Assembly (NCBI GenBank): GCA_043228905.1
Contig: JBHGNT010000006.1
Span: forward strand, 15,810,001 to 15,874,000
DNA: 64,000 nucleotides
Origin: Azolla caroliniana
Taxonomy: Eukaryota > Plantae > Polypodiophyta
Direction: 5' to 3'
Below the pieces are notes generated by a model. It was not told the DNA's origin and searched no databases. It saw nothing but the letters and a program-made list of their open reading frames with translations. The position numbers were made by a program, and so were the translations under genes. Positions 1 through 11,566 of the stretch are shown here, piece after piece. Each line of letters begins with the position of its first letter. Position 1 is the stretch's first letter.

Positions 1-2664
1 AAGCCAACAAAAAAGGTTTCCAAAGTCCAGTCAAGACCAGCAAAGAAGAAGACAACGAAAGTGTCGGATACGGATTCAACAAGTGAAAACGAAGAGGAGG
101 ATAATAAGGGGACGCTAGGAGCTGAGCTGGCCTCGGGTGTTTTGTCATCCGAGCAGAATAAAATAAGGAGAGAGTTAATGCAACGGAAGCTGGTCAGGAA
201 AGGGCAAGTATTTAATTTACCTATAACACACATCCATCGGCCCCCTATTGATGAAAAAACAGGTCGAAGACCACTTGAGATTAGAGAGCCTCACCGCATG
301 CATGTTCAAAATCTCAAGAAAAAAATGAAAATTAATCCTCATGCCACTGTGGTGCCTTTTATTGTTATGGTAGATCCTGAAGAATGTGAAACCATTGAAG
401 ATTTTGATATTAGAAAACATGATCAATATAATTATTTTGTCATTGGTGGATCGCATTCAGCAGAGGCACGTCGGCAACTTGTGAGAGAACATCCAACGAC
501 TTTCTTCTTCAAGTATGCCGAGTGCAAAATTTATGTTGGGCTCACAACCGAAGAGGCTAAGCTGTTGGCATGGGACCATAATAATGATAATGACTATAGG
601 CAGAAAATGTCGTCCATTGAGCGTATACGGTTCTTCCACCACGAGTATTTAGATGTGAAACAAAAGTTTGGTGTGAAGTTACATCCAGGCCTTCGACGTC
701 AATGTCTACATGAAGTCGGCATTGTGGTAGATGATAATGTTAGGTCCGATGGTCTTCGAAAGTATGAGTCTTGGTTTCAATTGGCGTTTAGAGATGGAGA
801 AGTATGGGACCTACAAGATCAAATCTTCTCAATGTGGGAGAATAAGGAGGTAAAGGGTCAACGACAAAAGAAATGTAGGGTTGACCCTCAACTAGAGTTA
901 AAGTCACAAGCCGCCAAGAAAATTGACTTGACAATTGAAGAAGCGGCAGATGACATGAAGCTGTCTCTATGGAGAGCGATGCAAGGTATTAAGGACGAGC
1001 AACTTCTTGTGTCGGTTTTGTCAAGGGTTGTGGCGAAAGATTTAAGCCTTGAAGAAATGGTCACTGAGTTCAATAAGTAAGTCCCTCAAATACTGAAATT
1101 GTAGTCTATCTAGTGTAATTCAAAGTTCTAATCTTGATTTCTAATTTTACAGTCATAAGGTGTACATGAAGATCCAAGAAGTTATGATGAAACAACTTGG
1201 ATGTATAACTTGGGAACAAGTGACCGAGGATTATCCTCTAACGTCTTCGTATAAGGCGTTATCAGAGTATTTTATTGCATTCAAGGATTGGGTTAGTATT
1301 CATGTTTTTTCATTACCCTTTCATCATATGTAGAGCTTGTATAATAATACCTGATGTCCTATTGCTTCTATTAGAAACCGTGTCGAGGCAAGAAACAAGG
1401 AGGAGTTAAGGATATACACTATTTCCCTACATCCTTCCTTGCACATCTCAAACGAGCCAGAAAAGAAAAGGATTGTCGCTTAGTCAAGGTGTACGAAATG
1501 GAGGAAGATGGCTCTTTTAAAAAATTTAGCCACAAAAAAGATATTACAAGAGATCTTTACTACAATGTGGTTTGCGGTGATGTCATCGACTTGATCCAGA
1601 AGGTGCCAAAGAAGGAATATACGCTAATGATTGTGGATATTCCTTACGGATTTTGAATGGCTGGGTCATCATACGACGATGAACCGTTTAGGTTTAAACA
1701 ATTGGAGAAGATGGTCAAGGATTTCGCTGAGCTAACGACCGCATCCTTGTGGCGAATAATTGTCTTTCATAGTATGGACCAAGGGTACTCGGTAGCTCAA
1801 GCTTTGAGATCTCGTTGCCATGGCATCGAGAACCTTGCATGGTAAGGATTATTTATAGGTGTCTTTCACTATATTGCATTTCTTAAGGTTGTTGAATCTA
1901 TTCTTAACTCGATGTATTATTTTTTATAGGATCAAGACCAATGTAAATAGAGGGCCAACTTTTCGGTTCGTTAATGCCATTGAATACATAACGGTTGGCT
2001 ACTTCGATGAAATTAAGAAACAGAGAATCAAAGAGCATTCTAATGAAGTGGGAGGTTCAAATCTGTTGGTATATCCAGCAGTGACTCGGAAATTGCGACA
2101 TGTCACCACGACAGAACGGGGACTTGTCAACCCATACCAAAAACCTCAACGACTTATGATGCGCTTGATCGAGATGTTTTCTGTCGAAGGAGACTGGATA
2201 TTAGATCTCTTTTCTGGCACAGGTATTCCTCGAACTAGGGTAACGATCTTGAGATAACCAATCACTTTTTTTTCGTTTGACAACTAAATCTTCTTGTTAC
2301 TTACATCACAGGAACTACGTCAGCATGTGCATTGAAGCTATTTAGAAATACAGTTGCATTGGAGAAGGACGAGGACCAAGTTATATTTATTAATATGCGG
2401 ATTAAGGCTTTGTGGGAGTGCCCAGACCAGGATGAGGAGGTCGGTGCAAAGAACCTCGCCAATACAGAAAGGTTTCAACTTGCTTCGCGAGAGCCTATTC
2501 CTCCGTTAGCCGGCGAACCGGGGGAGCTAATAGAGCTTGATGATGAGCTTATAGAAGATATTTCGTTGGCTCGGCTAACAGGGGAAACCAATGCACGTAT
2601 AGCCGAAGACAGTTCTACACAAGATGATGAAGAAAATGACGTTGATGAATTGATTGCTATGTAA
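1..2664 (+). pseudogene. Intron-containing gene: ParB/Srx-like N-terminal domain fused to a beta-class N4-cytosine/N6-adenine DNA methyltransferase. The 5' end lies outside the window; one in-frame TGA at 1654-1656
   Basis: Exons <1-1076, 1153-1291, 1375-1841, 1930-2222 and 2312-2664 are joined by four GT-AG introns (76, 83, 88, 89 nt) with consistent phases, giving >=775 codons. ParB-like motifs: IREPHRMHVQNLKKKM...PFIVMV...YFVIGGSHSAEARRQL...GLTTEEAKLLAWDHN. MTase motifs in beta order: CGDVIDLI...LMIVDIPYG (motif IV), NPYQKPQRLMMRLIEMFSVEGDWILDLFSGTGTTSACALKLFRNTVALEKD (motifs X/I/II). Motif I is complete only after splicing of intron 4. Confidence 0.85.
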
Positions 2665-3057
2665 TAGACTCTATGAAGAATATGACACTGACGATTTGTT
2701 AAGATTTCACATTATTAATACAAATATTGGGTTTTACCTAGTGGATTCTATTCTTTATAATCTTCTATGTGTTTCAATTTTATTTTTATATACTTGATTA
2801 GTAGATTTATGACATTGGTTTCACCGCGTGCATAGCTGACTACCAAACTTATGGAGAAACATGAACTAGTTTAAATGGAGGCTGATTTTGGTCCAAGCTA
2901 ACCTTAACAGAACATGGCCCTATAATTGTTGCCATGACTGTCCATGTTGTTATTATGGATCTTTGTCTTCTATTGTTAAAACTATTATGTTTCTATTCCA
3001 TTGCTGCTTAGATTGTGTAGTGTGTTGATAATGGTTCCAGTTGCGTTATCGTTCGGA

Positions 3058-3344
3058 GTTTGATCTTGTGTGAATCACCTAAGCAATAGAGTAGACCAAT
3101 TTTAAATACATGTATGAAAGCCTAATAGGTTTGTTATTTCCACGACATTATCCTAAAGTTCACTGCCTTACATTGTGCACAATTATATACACATATGGTT
3201 TGATCTCATATGAACAAACTGAGGAATAGATTAGATCAACTTTAAATACAAGTATTGAATACTTTAATAAGTTAGTTATTCCAATCACTTATCCTAATGT
3301 GCACTATCCTACATTTTCCACAATTACATACATGCACGTATGGG
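3058..3344. repeat. Diverged ~140-bp tandem duplication
   Basis: gtttgatcttgtgtgaa...aatagagtagaccaattttaaataca...ttatcctaaagttcact recurs as gtttgatctcatatgaa...aatagattagatcaactttaaataca...ttatcctaatgtgcact. Confidence 0.6.
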
Positions 3345-4167
3345 TCAAAGTATAAATTATATCTCATTTTATTAGTATGGATACAAGTACACCTCATATT
3401 TTTGTAAAACTTACCTAATTAATATAAGTCTTTAAGTTAGTGTTTCCCTTGTCGCACAGTAGTGCCATATTGAGCCATAGTTGAACTTTATTATGCCTAC
3501 ATTAACTTATCAACATGTCTAAACTTGCATGATTTCTAATGATCTCCACTCGTAGATCTATCATATATTTTTATATTTGGAAATTCTCATCAAGTTGAGG
3601 AACATGTGATACTAGTGCATCCAATTTTTGTAGAGAGGGTGTATTTGCTTCGTTTTAAGAAGATTCTACAAGTGGAATACGCAATCCTTCCACTTGTGAA
3701 CGCGAACGTGTTCAGACCAAACGGATCCGGAAGGTATCTAGATGGATCTGGTGTGAATCGGATCCAAGGACATATTTGTAAATATGTTTCTAGTGTGCCT
3801 GTCATGGCTATATTTGTAAATAGTCCTAAAGTCATATAAGTATAAATATGACTTAGGGCAATCACTTTGTGTAGTCGTTGGTTGTTATCATTATTGTTGC
3901 ATAGTGAGGTAGAGAGAGCGAGAGAGAAACAGAAAGTATCTTCTGTAGTAACCGCCGATTGATGAAGTCATAGAGCTCGGGGTCATTGCCTCTGAGTCTC
4001 GTATTGTATCCTTCCTCTTATAGTGATAGTTGGATTCTGTGGGCTCCCATGGTTTTCTCCGATTATGGTTTTCCATGTAAACATCTTGTGTCGTCTCATT
4101 TTGGTTTTTAGTTTCTTCCATTGAGTGTTTAAGACTCGATTGTGGCTCAGCGCTATTCCGCACAAAT

Positions 4168-4179
4168 TGGTATCAGAGC
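4168..4179 (+). promoter_or_regulatory. Primer-binding site (tRNA-iMet) of Copia A
   Basis: TGGTATCAGAGC, 3 nt after the LTR end. Confidence 0.9.
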
Positions 4180-6051
4180 GAACAATAGATGAAAGAGTAA
4201 TTCGGAAGCATGCTCAAGCTCACCGGCTCCAATTATCTAGTGTGGAAGTTGAAGATAAGGGACATGCTCATGGTCTAAGATCTCTAGCTGCCGGTACAGT
4301 TCGGGGACAAGAAACCGGACAAGATTGATCCCACGACGTGGGAGGTGATGCATATGAAGACGACGACATACATTCGATGCTTTATCGACATGAGCCTATA
4401 CAACAACTTCAATGAAGAAAGTAAGTCTCATGTGCTCTAAGAAAAAATCGGTACCATGTTGGATAGTAAAAACGCCGGAAATGGGGTTTCGGTTTTCTGG
4501 AAGTTAGTGAGACTCCGATATCAAGATGGATCCATCATGGCGGAGCACATGAATGCTTGCTGGATGAAGACGCTTGCCGGAAGGACCGGGAGTCCAAAAC
4601 CAATCCAAAGGCCTTGGTCACGGAAGACGACCATAACTGGGGAAGAGGCCGGAATCGGAGTCCCCAAAACCAAGACAAATCGGGGACGAGGTCGAATTCA
4701 AGGGGAAGGCCCACTTGCTTTTATTGCGGAAAGCCGAGGCATTTCCAGAAAAATTGCCGACACTTCCGGAAAGCCAAAGGGGGAGCCGACATTCCGGAAC
4801 CGAAGAAGATTTCGAAAAGAAGAGGAACATTGGCAATCGCAACAAGTGAAGAAGAACTGTTGCTAATCACCGACAAGAGTGAGCTGCATCTTGTCAGCAA
4901 TTAAACGACATGGGTGGTCGACTCCAGCGCGTCGTTCCATCTCACCCCCAACCGGAAGTGCTTCGCATCATACAGAGTGGGAGATCACTGTTTTGTTCAG
5001 ATGGGAAATGAAGGTCCATGCCGAATTGTCGGCATAGGAGACGTGTGGTTGACGACGTCAACTGGGTGCAAGCTGTTGAAGGATGTCTGGCATGTTCCGG
5101 AGGTTTGGTTGAACCTAATATCTGTTGGTCTTCTAGATGATGAAGGCTACACGGGTAGCATCTGAAACGGAGTCATGAAGTTTTGCAACGGAAGCCTCAT
5201 CGTGGCCTGAGGTTGGAAGATCAACACTTTGTACCTGACACACGCCTAGATTTGTCGGGAGGAAGTGAATGTGGCATCCGACACTGTCGGTGAGCTGTGG
5301 CACAAGAGGTTGTGCTAGATGAGCCAAAAGAGAATGTGGAGACTTGTCGAGGACAAACTCATTCCAGAGGTGAAAGAAGTGCAGCTTGAGAAGTGCACCA
5401 ATTGCTTGGCTGGCAAGCAAAACCAAACCTCCTTTCGGAAAAGACCACCGATGAGACTGAATGCACCACTGAAACTTGTGCATACCAATGTATGCCAAGT
5501 AGACACGAAGTCACATGCCAGATCACGGTACCTAGTGAAGTTTATAAATGACCACATCCGGAAGCTATGGGTCTCACCACTGAAGATGAAGGACCAGGTA
5601 TTATCCGTCTTCAAGGAATACCACGTGAGAGTGGAAAGAGAAACCGGCCGGAAGCTGAAGGCGATTCGAGCAGATAACGAAGGAGAATACTGGGGGCAGT
5701 TCGAGGAGTATTTCCGATCGAAGGAAATCCGGCTCGAATTCACCGTTCCGAACACTCCGGAGCTCAACGGATTGGCTAAAAGGATGAACCGAACCGTAAT
5801 GGAGAGAGTCCGGAGTATGCTGGCAAATGCCAAGTTACCCAAGACATTTTGGGTTGAGGCATTGATGACGGCGACGTATGTGATAAACAGATCACCCTCA
5901 ACGCCCTTGGACAGAGACACGCCACAAAGAGTATGGATCGGTAAAGATGTGTCTTGTCGGCATCTGAAGGTGTTCGGTTGCCTTGTCTATGTGCATGTGG
6001 CAAAGGAAAAGAGATCAAAATTGGATCTGAGGTCCCACCCATGTATATTCC

Positions 6052-6659
6052 TGTTGGGAAATCGGTCCCTCCGGATGGGATCCGATTATGGATGAAGAGG
6101 ACCCGGTGAGAACTGAAAGAGATCCAGAAACTGGATCGGATGGACCCTGTGAGAATCGGAAGAGATTCGAAAAACCAAATCGGATGGACCGGGTGAGAAC
6201 CGGAAGAGAAGACATATTTGTAAATATGTTTTGAGTAAGCCTATTGAGGCTATATTTATAAATAGCCATAAGTTCATATAAGTATAAATAGGACTTAGGG
6301 CAATCACTTTGAAAGGGTTGTTGTCATATTGTTGTATGAGTATAACTGTTTTATAGAGAGAGCGAGAGAGTAGATACAGAGCGATACTCTGTTGTAACCG
6401 CCGCTCGGCGAAGAAACAGAGCTCGAGGTCGTTGCCTCCGAGTCATTGATTGTACCTTTCTCATATAGTGAAGGTTTGGAGTCTGTGGGCTCCCGTGGTT
6501 TTTCCCTATTAGGGTTTTTCACGTAAACATCCTGTGTACTCTCTATTGTTCGTGTGTGTATGCGTATCAATCTCCAAGCCCATTTCTATGTTTGATTCTC
6601 ATCGACAAGTGATTCAAGACTCGATTGTGGCCGAGCAATATTCCGCACTATTTCTTACA
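6052..6659 (+). mobile_element. Solo LTR B (same LTR superfamily as A/J/K) inserted in the pol of A
   Basis: TGTTGGGAA...TTACA termini; 5-bp TSD ATTCC at 6047-6051 and 6660-6664. Removal restores the host frame CIFLGYDDDEFGY. Confidence 0.92.
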
Positions 6660-6746
6660 ATTCCTTGGATACGACGATGATGAGTTCGGCTACTGGCTGT
6701 GGGACTTGGTCGACAAGAAGGTCTTCTGGAGTCGAGACATAGTCTT

Positions 6747-7014
6747 TGTTACCCCGTACGAGATGTACGGAGAGTCAAGTGTGATGAGCAAGGGTCGAAT
6801 GTTATCATGATGTTGTTGTGTATGTGTAGGGGGCATAAATGTAATTGTGAGTCTATACGTATGTGAACACATGCACACGTGTGTGCATGTGGATGGATAC
6901 GAGGAGGTGTGAGTGAGTGTCCAGTATGAATGCTCGAGGGGGCTTACACCCCTATGTATCTACCCCCTCTTGTACTATTTAACCCCTTATGGGGAATTAA
7001 TGAAACATGAATAA

Positions 7015-7064
<50 letters not shown>

Positions 7065-10040
7065 TCATCTCTCTTCCTCTCTCTCCCCTTAACGTTGAAC
7101 TCCCTTGGGAGGGGGGTGGAGCCATTCTAGGCACCACCCCCCACCCCGCAATGCTTCTCAATGATTCTCAACCTCTTCATGATCTCTCTCACCATCATAC
7201 TCTCCATAGTCATCACACCCACCATGTCTATCTTTATCATCAATCATCATGATTATCATAAATGTTAACCCTAACCCTAAAACCTATAACACTTTTTGGC
7301 GACCACTAAGGCGACCCCCCTTTGGATACGAAGTCGAAGACTAATACGCAACAGAGACATGGCAACAATGAAATGCAGCAAAAGGCTACGATTATGTGCG
7401 AAAGAAATTGGAAATGGAAGATTGATTGCCATACAATTCTACAAAAAATTAATCTCTATATATGTGTGTTTTATTTGGTTTGTTTTTGTCATAAATGTCC
7501 GAGAAATGTTGCCAAAAATGTACGAGACGCATTGTGAGTGTGCGCGAATGGCAACAACATATGTGCAAATTTGCAGTTAGCAATGTGTGTGTGCAAGAAA
7601 GCATGGTGCGAGAGACCCCCAGAAAGACAGAGACAAGTAACTAGAAAGAAGGCCAGACGGACAACGGAGCAAGAACCGACACAGAAACTCCGGTTAGAAG
7701 GGAGCCGGTGCCAGCACTACCCAAAAGAGACGCCCACCAGGAGACTGCGGAGGAAGACGCAGTGTGTGGAGCGGAGGCCGACAGGATGTGCTGAGAATGC
7801 ACGGGACCGGAATCGGAAGTGTTCAGTGTCCAAAAGAAGCAACAAGGAGAGAGTCGGAACTAGAACCAGAGTTGGTTAGCACCGAAGCGGCCGTAATGGC
7901 CGGACGGCAGCCGGAAAGCCTGCCGGAGTAGATGACCGAAACAACGACAGTGACGCTGAAAAGCGATGGACGGAGAGACAACCATCAGACATCAACGACA
8001 GAACGACAACCGGATGATGACTGAACAGAGCGGCCAAGCGATGAACCTCGGCCAAAACAGACGACCAACTACAAACTGGCCGAATAGGGTTGACAAAGCC
8101 GACGACAACGACAAATGGAGACGGTGATGACCGGACAGGGCCAGATAGACAGAGGTGCCGGACAATGATGACAGATGACAACAACGGCGGGGCCGGACAA
8201 ACACACACAGCAACGGATGAAGCGATAGAGATGGAGATGGTAATGGAGACGGATGGAAACCAATAGAGACAATCACGGAGTCGGCGACACAAAATGACCG
8301 GACAGAGACAAAGAAGGACGGGCAGAGACGACTGGAGATGGAGATGGAGCCGGTGGATAGGGCCAGACAAATACGGAACGACAGCCAAACATCGGCCGAA
8401 GAGTGGAAGGAGCGACCGGAATGTTCAAAAACCAGCCGGAATAGCTGGTCAATGGATGGAGCAGCTGGAGCGATCGAGGGCAAGACAAGGCTGGAGAAAC
8501 AGATAGAAAGTCGGGACGACGAACCAAATGCACGGTCGGAAGATGATGACGACGACCGGACACCGATAGAGACGGAGGAGAGGCCGGAGAGCGACGTAAG
8601 AGCGGTCATAGTGGCCGAACTGCGCCGAAACGGAGGAGGCCGGACCGGACGCCGCCGGACAACGACGAAGATAGCGGGCGATGGCCGGACAGAGACGAAG
8701 AGCGACGGAGACTACAACCGAAATGCACAGCCAAGGCAACGACAACGGCCAGACGATGGGACATTGACACCGAAAAGCGATAGAGACGATGACAACGACG
8801 AACAACAGGTCGACGGGCGCAGGAAGAAACGACACGAAATGACACAGAAGAAGGAAATAGAACACACAGGGAAGAAAGTGCAGAGTATAGAAGACAAGGA
8901 ATAGACCAGAAAATGGAAAGAAACGAGAAATGCAAAAAAAGACAAATTCTGGAAAGGAACGGAAGAAGAACTACAGAAGAAAACAAGAAGAACCATATGA
9001 GGAAGAGGAGGAAAAAGAACCAAAGGAGGAGAAGAAGATGCAAGAAAGCGCAGAAGAAGAAGAAAAAGAACCCTAAAATAAAATTGAAAAGAGAGGGAAA
9101 AAGAGGAAAAACAAAAGGGGCATGTAACAAATATTGAAATCTTGAGGGTACTGAATGAAATTGTAAAACCTCGAGGGTACATAATTAAAATGTTAAAAAC
9201 CAAAGGGCACCTACGAAATTTCGAAAACTCATCCACCTAAAGAAATGAACGTGATCGACCACACACAACTCAAAACAAAGGAAGAACATACATACACACG
9301 ACATGATTTTGGACCCATGACGAAGTTCGTAAGCCAACAGAACGAGAATGTTCGTGTCGCGGAAGATTTGCTGACCGACAAAGATGTTCAAGTCAAGCAC
9401 TCTGATCGAGGGAGTCGATCGTTGAAAGGACCGATGGAAGTTCCGGTCGAAGAAATATCATCATCAAGGCATGTGGGAGTGACGTGCAAGGCACTCTCCC
9501 ACGGGCGTGCCATATTGTGTTACCCCGTACGAGATGTACGGAGAGTCAAGTGTGATGAGCAAGGGTCGAATGTTATCATGATGTTGTTGTGTATGTGTAG
9601 GGGGCATAAATGTAATTGTGAGTCTATACATATGTGAACACATGCACACGTGTGTGCATGTGAATGGATACGAGGAGGTGTGAGTGAGTGTCCAGTATGA
9701 ATGCTCGAGGGGGCTAACACCCCTATGTATCTACCCCCTCTTGTACTATTTAACCCCTTATGGGGAATGAATGAAACATGAATAATCATTTTCTATCTCT
9801 CTCTCTCTCTTTGTCATCTCTCTTCCTCTCTCTCCCCTTAACGTTGAACCCCCTTGGGAGGGGGGTGGAGCCATTCTAGGCACCACCCCCCACCCCGCAA
9901 TGCTTCTCAATGATTCTCAATCTCTTCATGATCTCTCTCACCATCATACTCTCCATAGTCATCACACCCACCATGTCTATCTTTATCATCAATCATCATG
10001 ATTATCATAAATGTTAACCCTAACCCTAAAACCTATAACA
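6747..10040. mobile_element. Non-autonomous (LARD/TRIM-like) LTR element C, young, no gag/pol
   Basis: Near-identical LTRs 6747-7291 and 9518-10040 (TGTTACCCC...ATAACA; only a few substitutions plus a (CT)n length difference). TSD GTCTT at 6742-6746 and 10041-10045. The 2.2-kb internal region is low-complexity and strand-skewed with no retroviral motifs. Confidence 0.92.
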
Positions 10041-11566
10041 GTCTTCATGGAAGACAAGACTATTGCCGACTAGGAGTTGGAGAAGAAGATAGTGGACTCC
10101 GGGTCGACCGATAGAGATCGGTCAGAAGATACAAGGACCCATCCGTTTGGAAGCAGGATGACAAGAAACCGAACCAACCGAAGAAGAAGAATTGGACATT
10201 GGAACTGGACAAGACCCCGAATTGGATTAGGATGACAAACAAATGGAGAAACCAGTGGCCGAAGACCAAGGAAGAAGATATCCTCTCAGGGAGAGAAGAA
10301 CCCCCCCGGAGATTTCCGGATGCAGAGCATGTGTTGCTGACCGATGAAGGGGAGTCAGAAAGCTTTAACGAAGCAAAGAAAGACATCCACAACCGCAAGT
10401 GTTGGAGTGTCATGTAGGACGAGATGGATTCCCTGCATGAGAACTATACATACGAATTAATAGAGCTGCCGAAAGGAAAGAGAGCACTCCGGAACAAGTG
10501 GGTGTACAAGCTGAAACCGAGAGACGCTGGAAATCCACCAAGATACAAAAGGGGTTTCAACAGAAGAAAGGAGTGGATTTCGATGAGATCTTTGCCCAGG
10601 TAGAGAAGATGATATCCATCTGGATGGTGTTGATCATAGTGGCAAGCATGGACCTTGAGGCAGAGCAACTAGACGTCAAGACGACGTTCCTACATGGCAA
10701 CCTCGAAGAAGAGATCTACATGCAACAACCGGAAGGGTTTGTCAAGAAAGGGAAGGAGCACTTGGTGTGCTGGTTGAAGAAGAGCTTCTACGGACTGAAG
10801 CAAACTCCCCGGCAATGGTACCGGAAGTTTGACTCCTTCATGACCGATCAAGGATACCACAAGACGTAGGACGACCACTACGTGTTCGTGAAGAAATTCG
10901 ACGGAGGAGATTTCCTAATACTCATGCTGTATGTGGATGACATGCTGATCGTTGGACCTGACCGAACTAGAATCGAGAATCTGAAGAAGGACATGAACCG
11001 GACCTTCTCATTGGAAGATCGGGTCCGGCAAGACAAATCCTAGGGATACACATAATCTAGGACTGGTCAAAGAAGTAGTTGTGGTTATCACAGGAAAAGA
11101 ACATGACAAAGGTGCTTCAGAGGTTCAACATGACGGATGCAAAGCCGGTCGGATCAACACTTCCGGCATATTGCAAGCAGTTCGAAGTCAAAGGCAGACA
11201 AGTCGGAGATGATGAAGATACCATACATCTCTACCGTCGGAAGCTTGATCTACGCAATGGTGTGTACCCGACCGAATATTGGATATGTTGTCAGAGGAAT
11301 TTGGGAAGAGAACACTAAACCGCAGTTAAGTGGATACTCCAGTACTTGAAAGGCACCTCGAGTATGTGCCTTCGATTCGGCTCTGGTAAACCCTTTTTGG
11401 AAGGCTTTACAGATTCAGACATGTTGTCGGATGTAGATACTAGACAGTCCACGTCTGGATATGTCATGGCATATGCAGGGGGAGCCGTATCGTGGCAGTC
11501 GAGGATGTAGAAGTCCATTGCACCGTTGACAATGGAAACGGAGTATATGGCAACCGTAGAAGCCTG

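Noticed and set aside
1654-1656. TGA as selenocysteine or an RNA-edited codon
   Set aside because: Land plants lack Sec insertion, U-to-C editing is organellar, and I saw no supporting signal. CpG decay is simpler.
1-2664. Bacterial or phage contamination as the source of the ParB-MTase gene
   Set aside because: Four phase-consistent spliceosomal introns, one splitting MTase motif I, and contiguity with plant retrotransposons.
7266-7281. Interstitial telomere
   Set aside because: Only ~2.5 units, and part of the LTR (repeated at ~10015-10030).
7538-9236. Many long overlapping ORFs on both strands inside element C
   Set aside because: Low-complexity, stop-poor composition; no recognisable domain.
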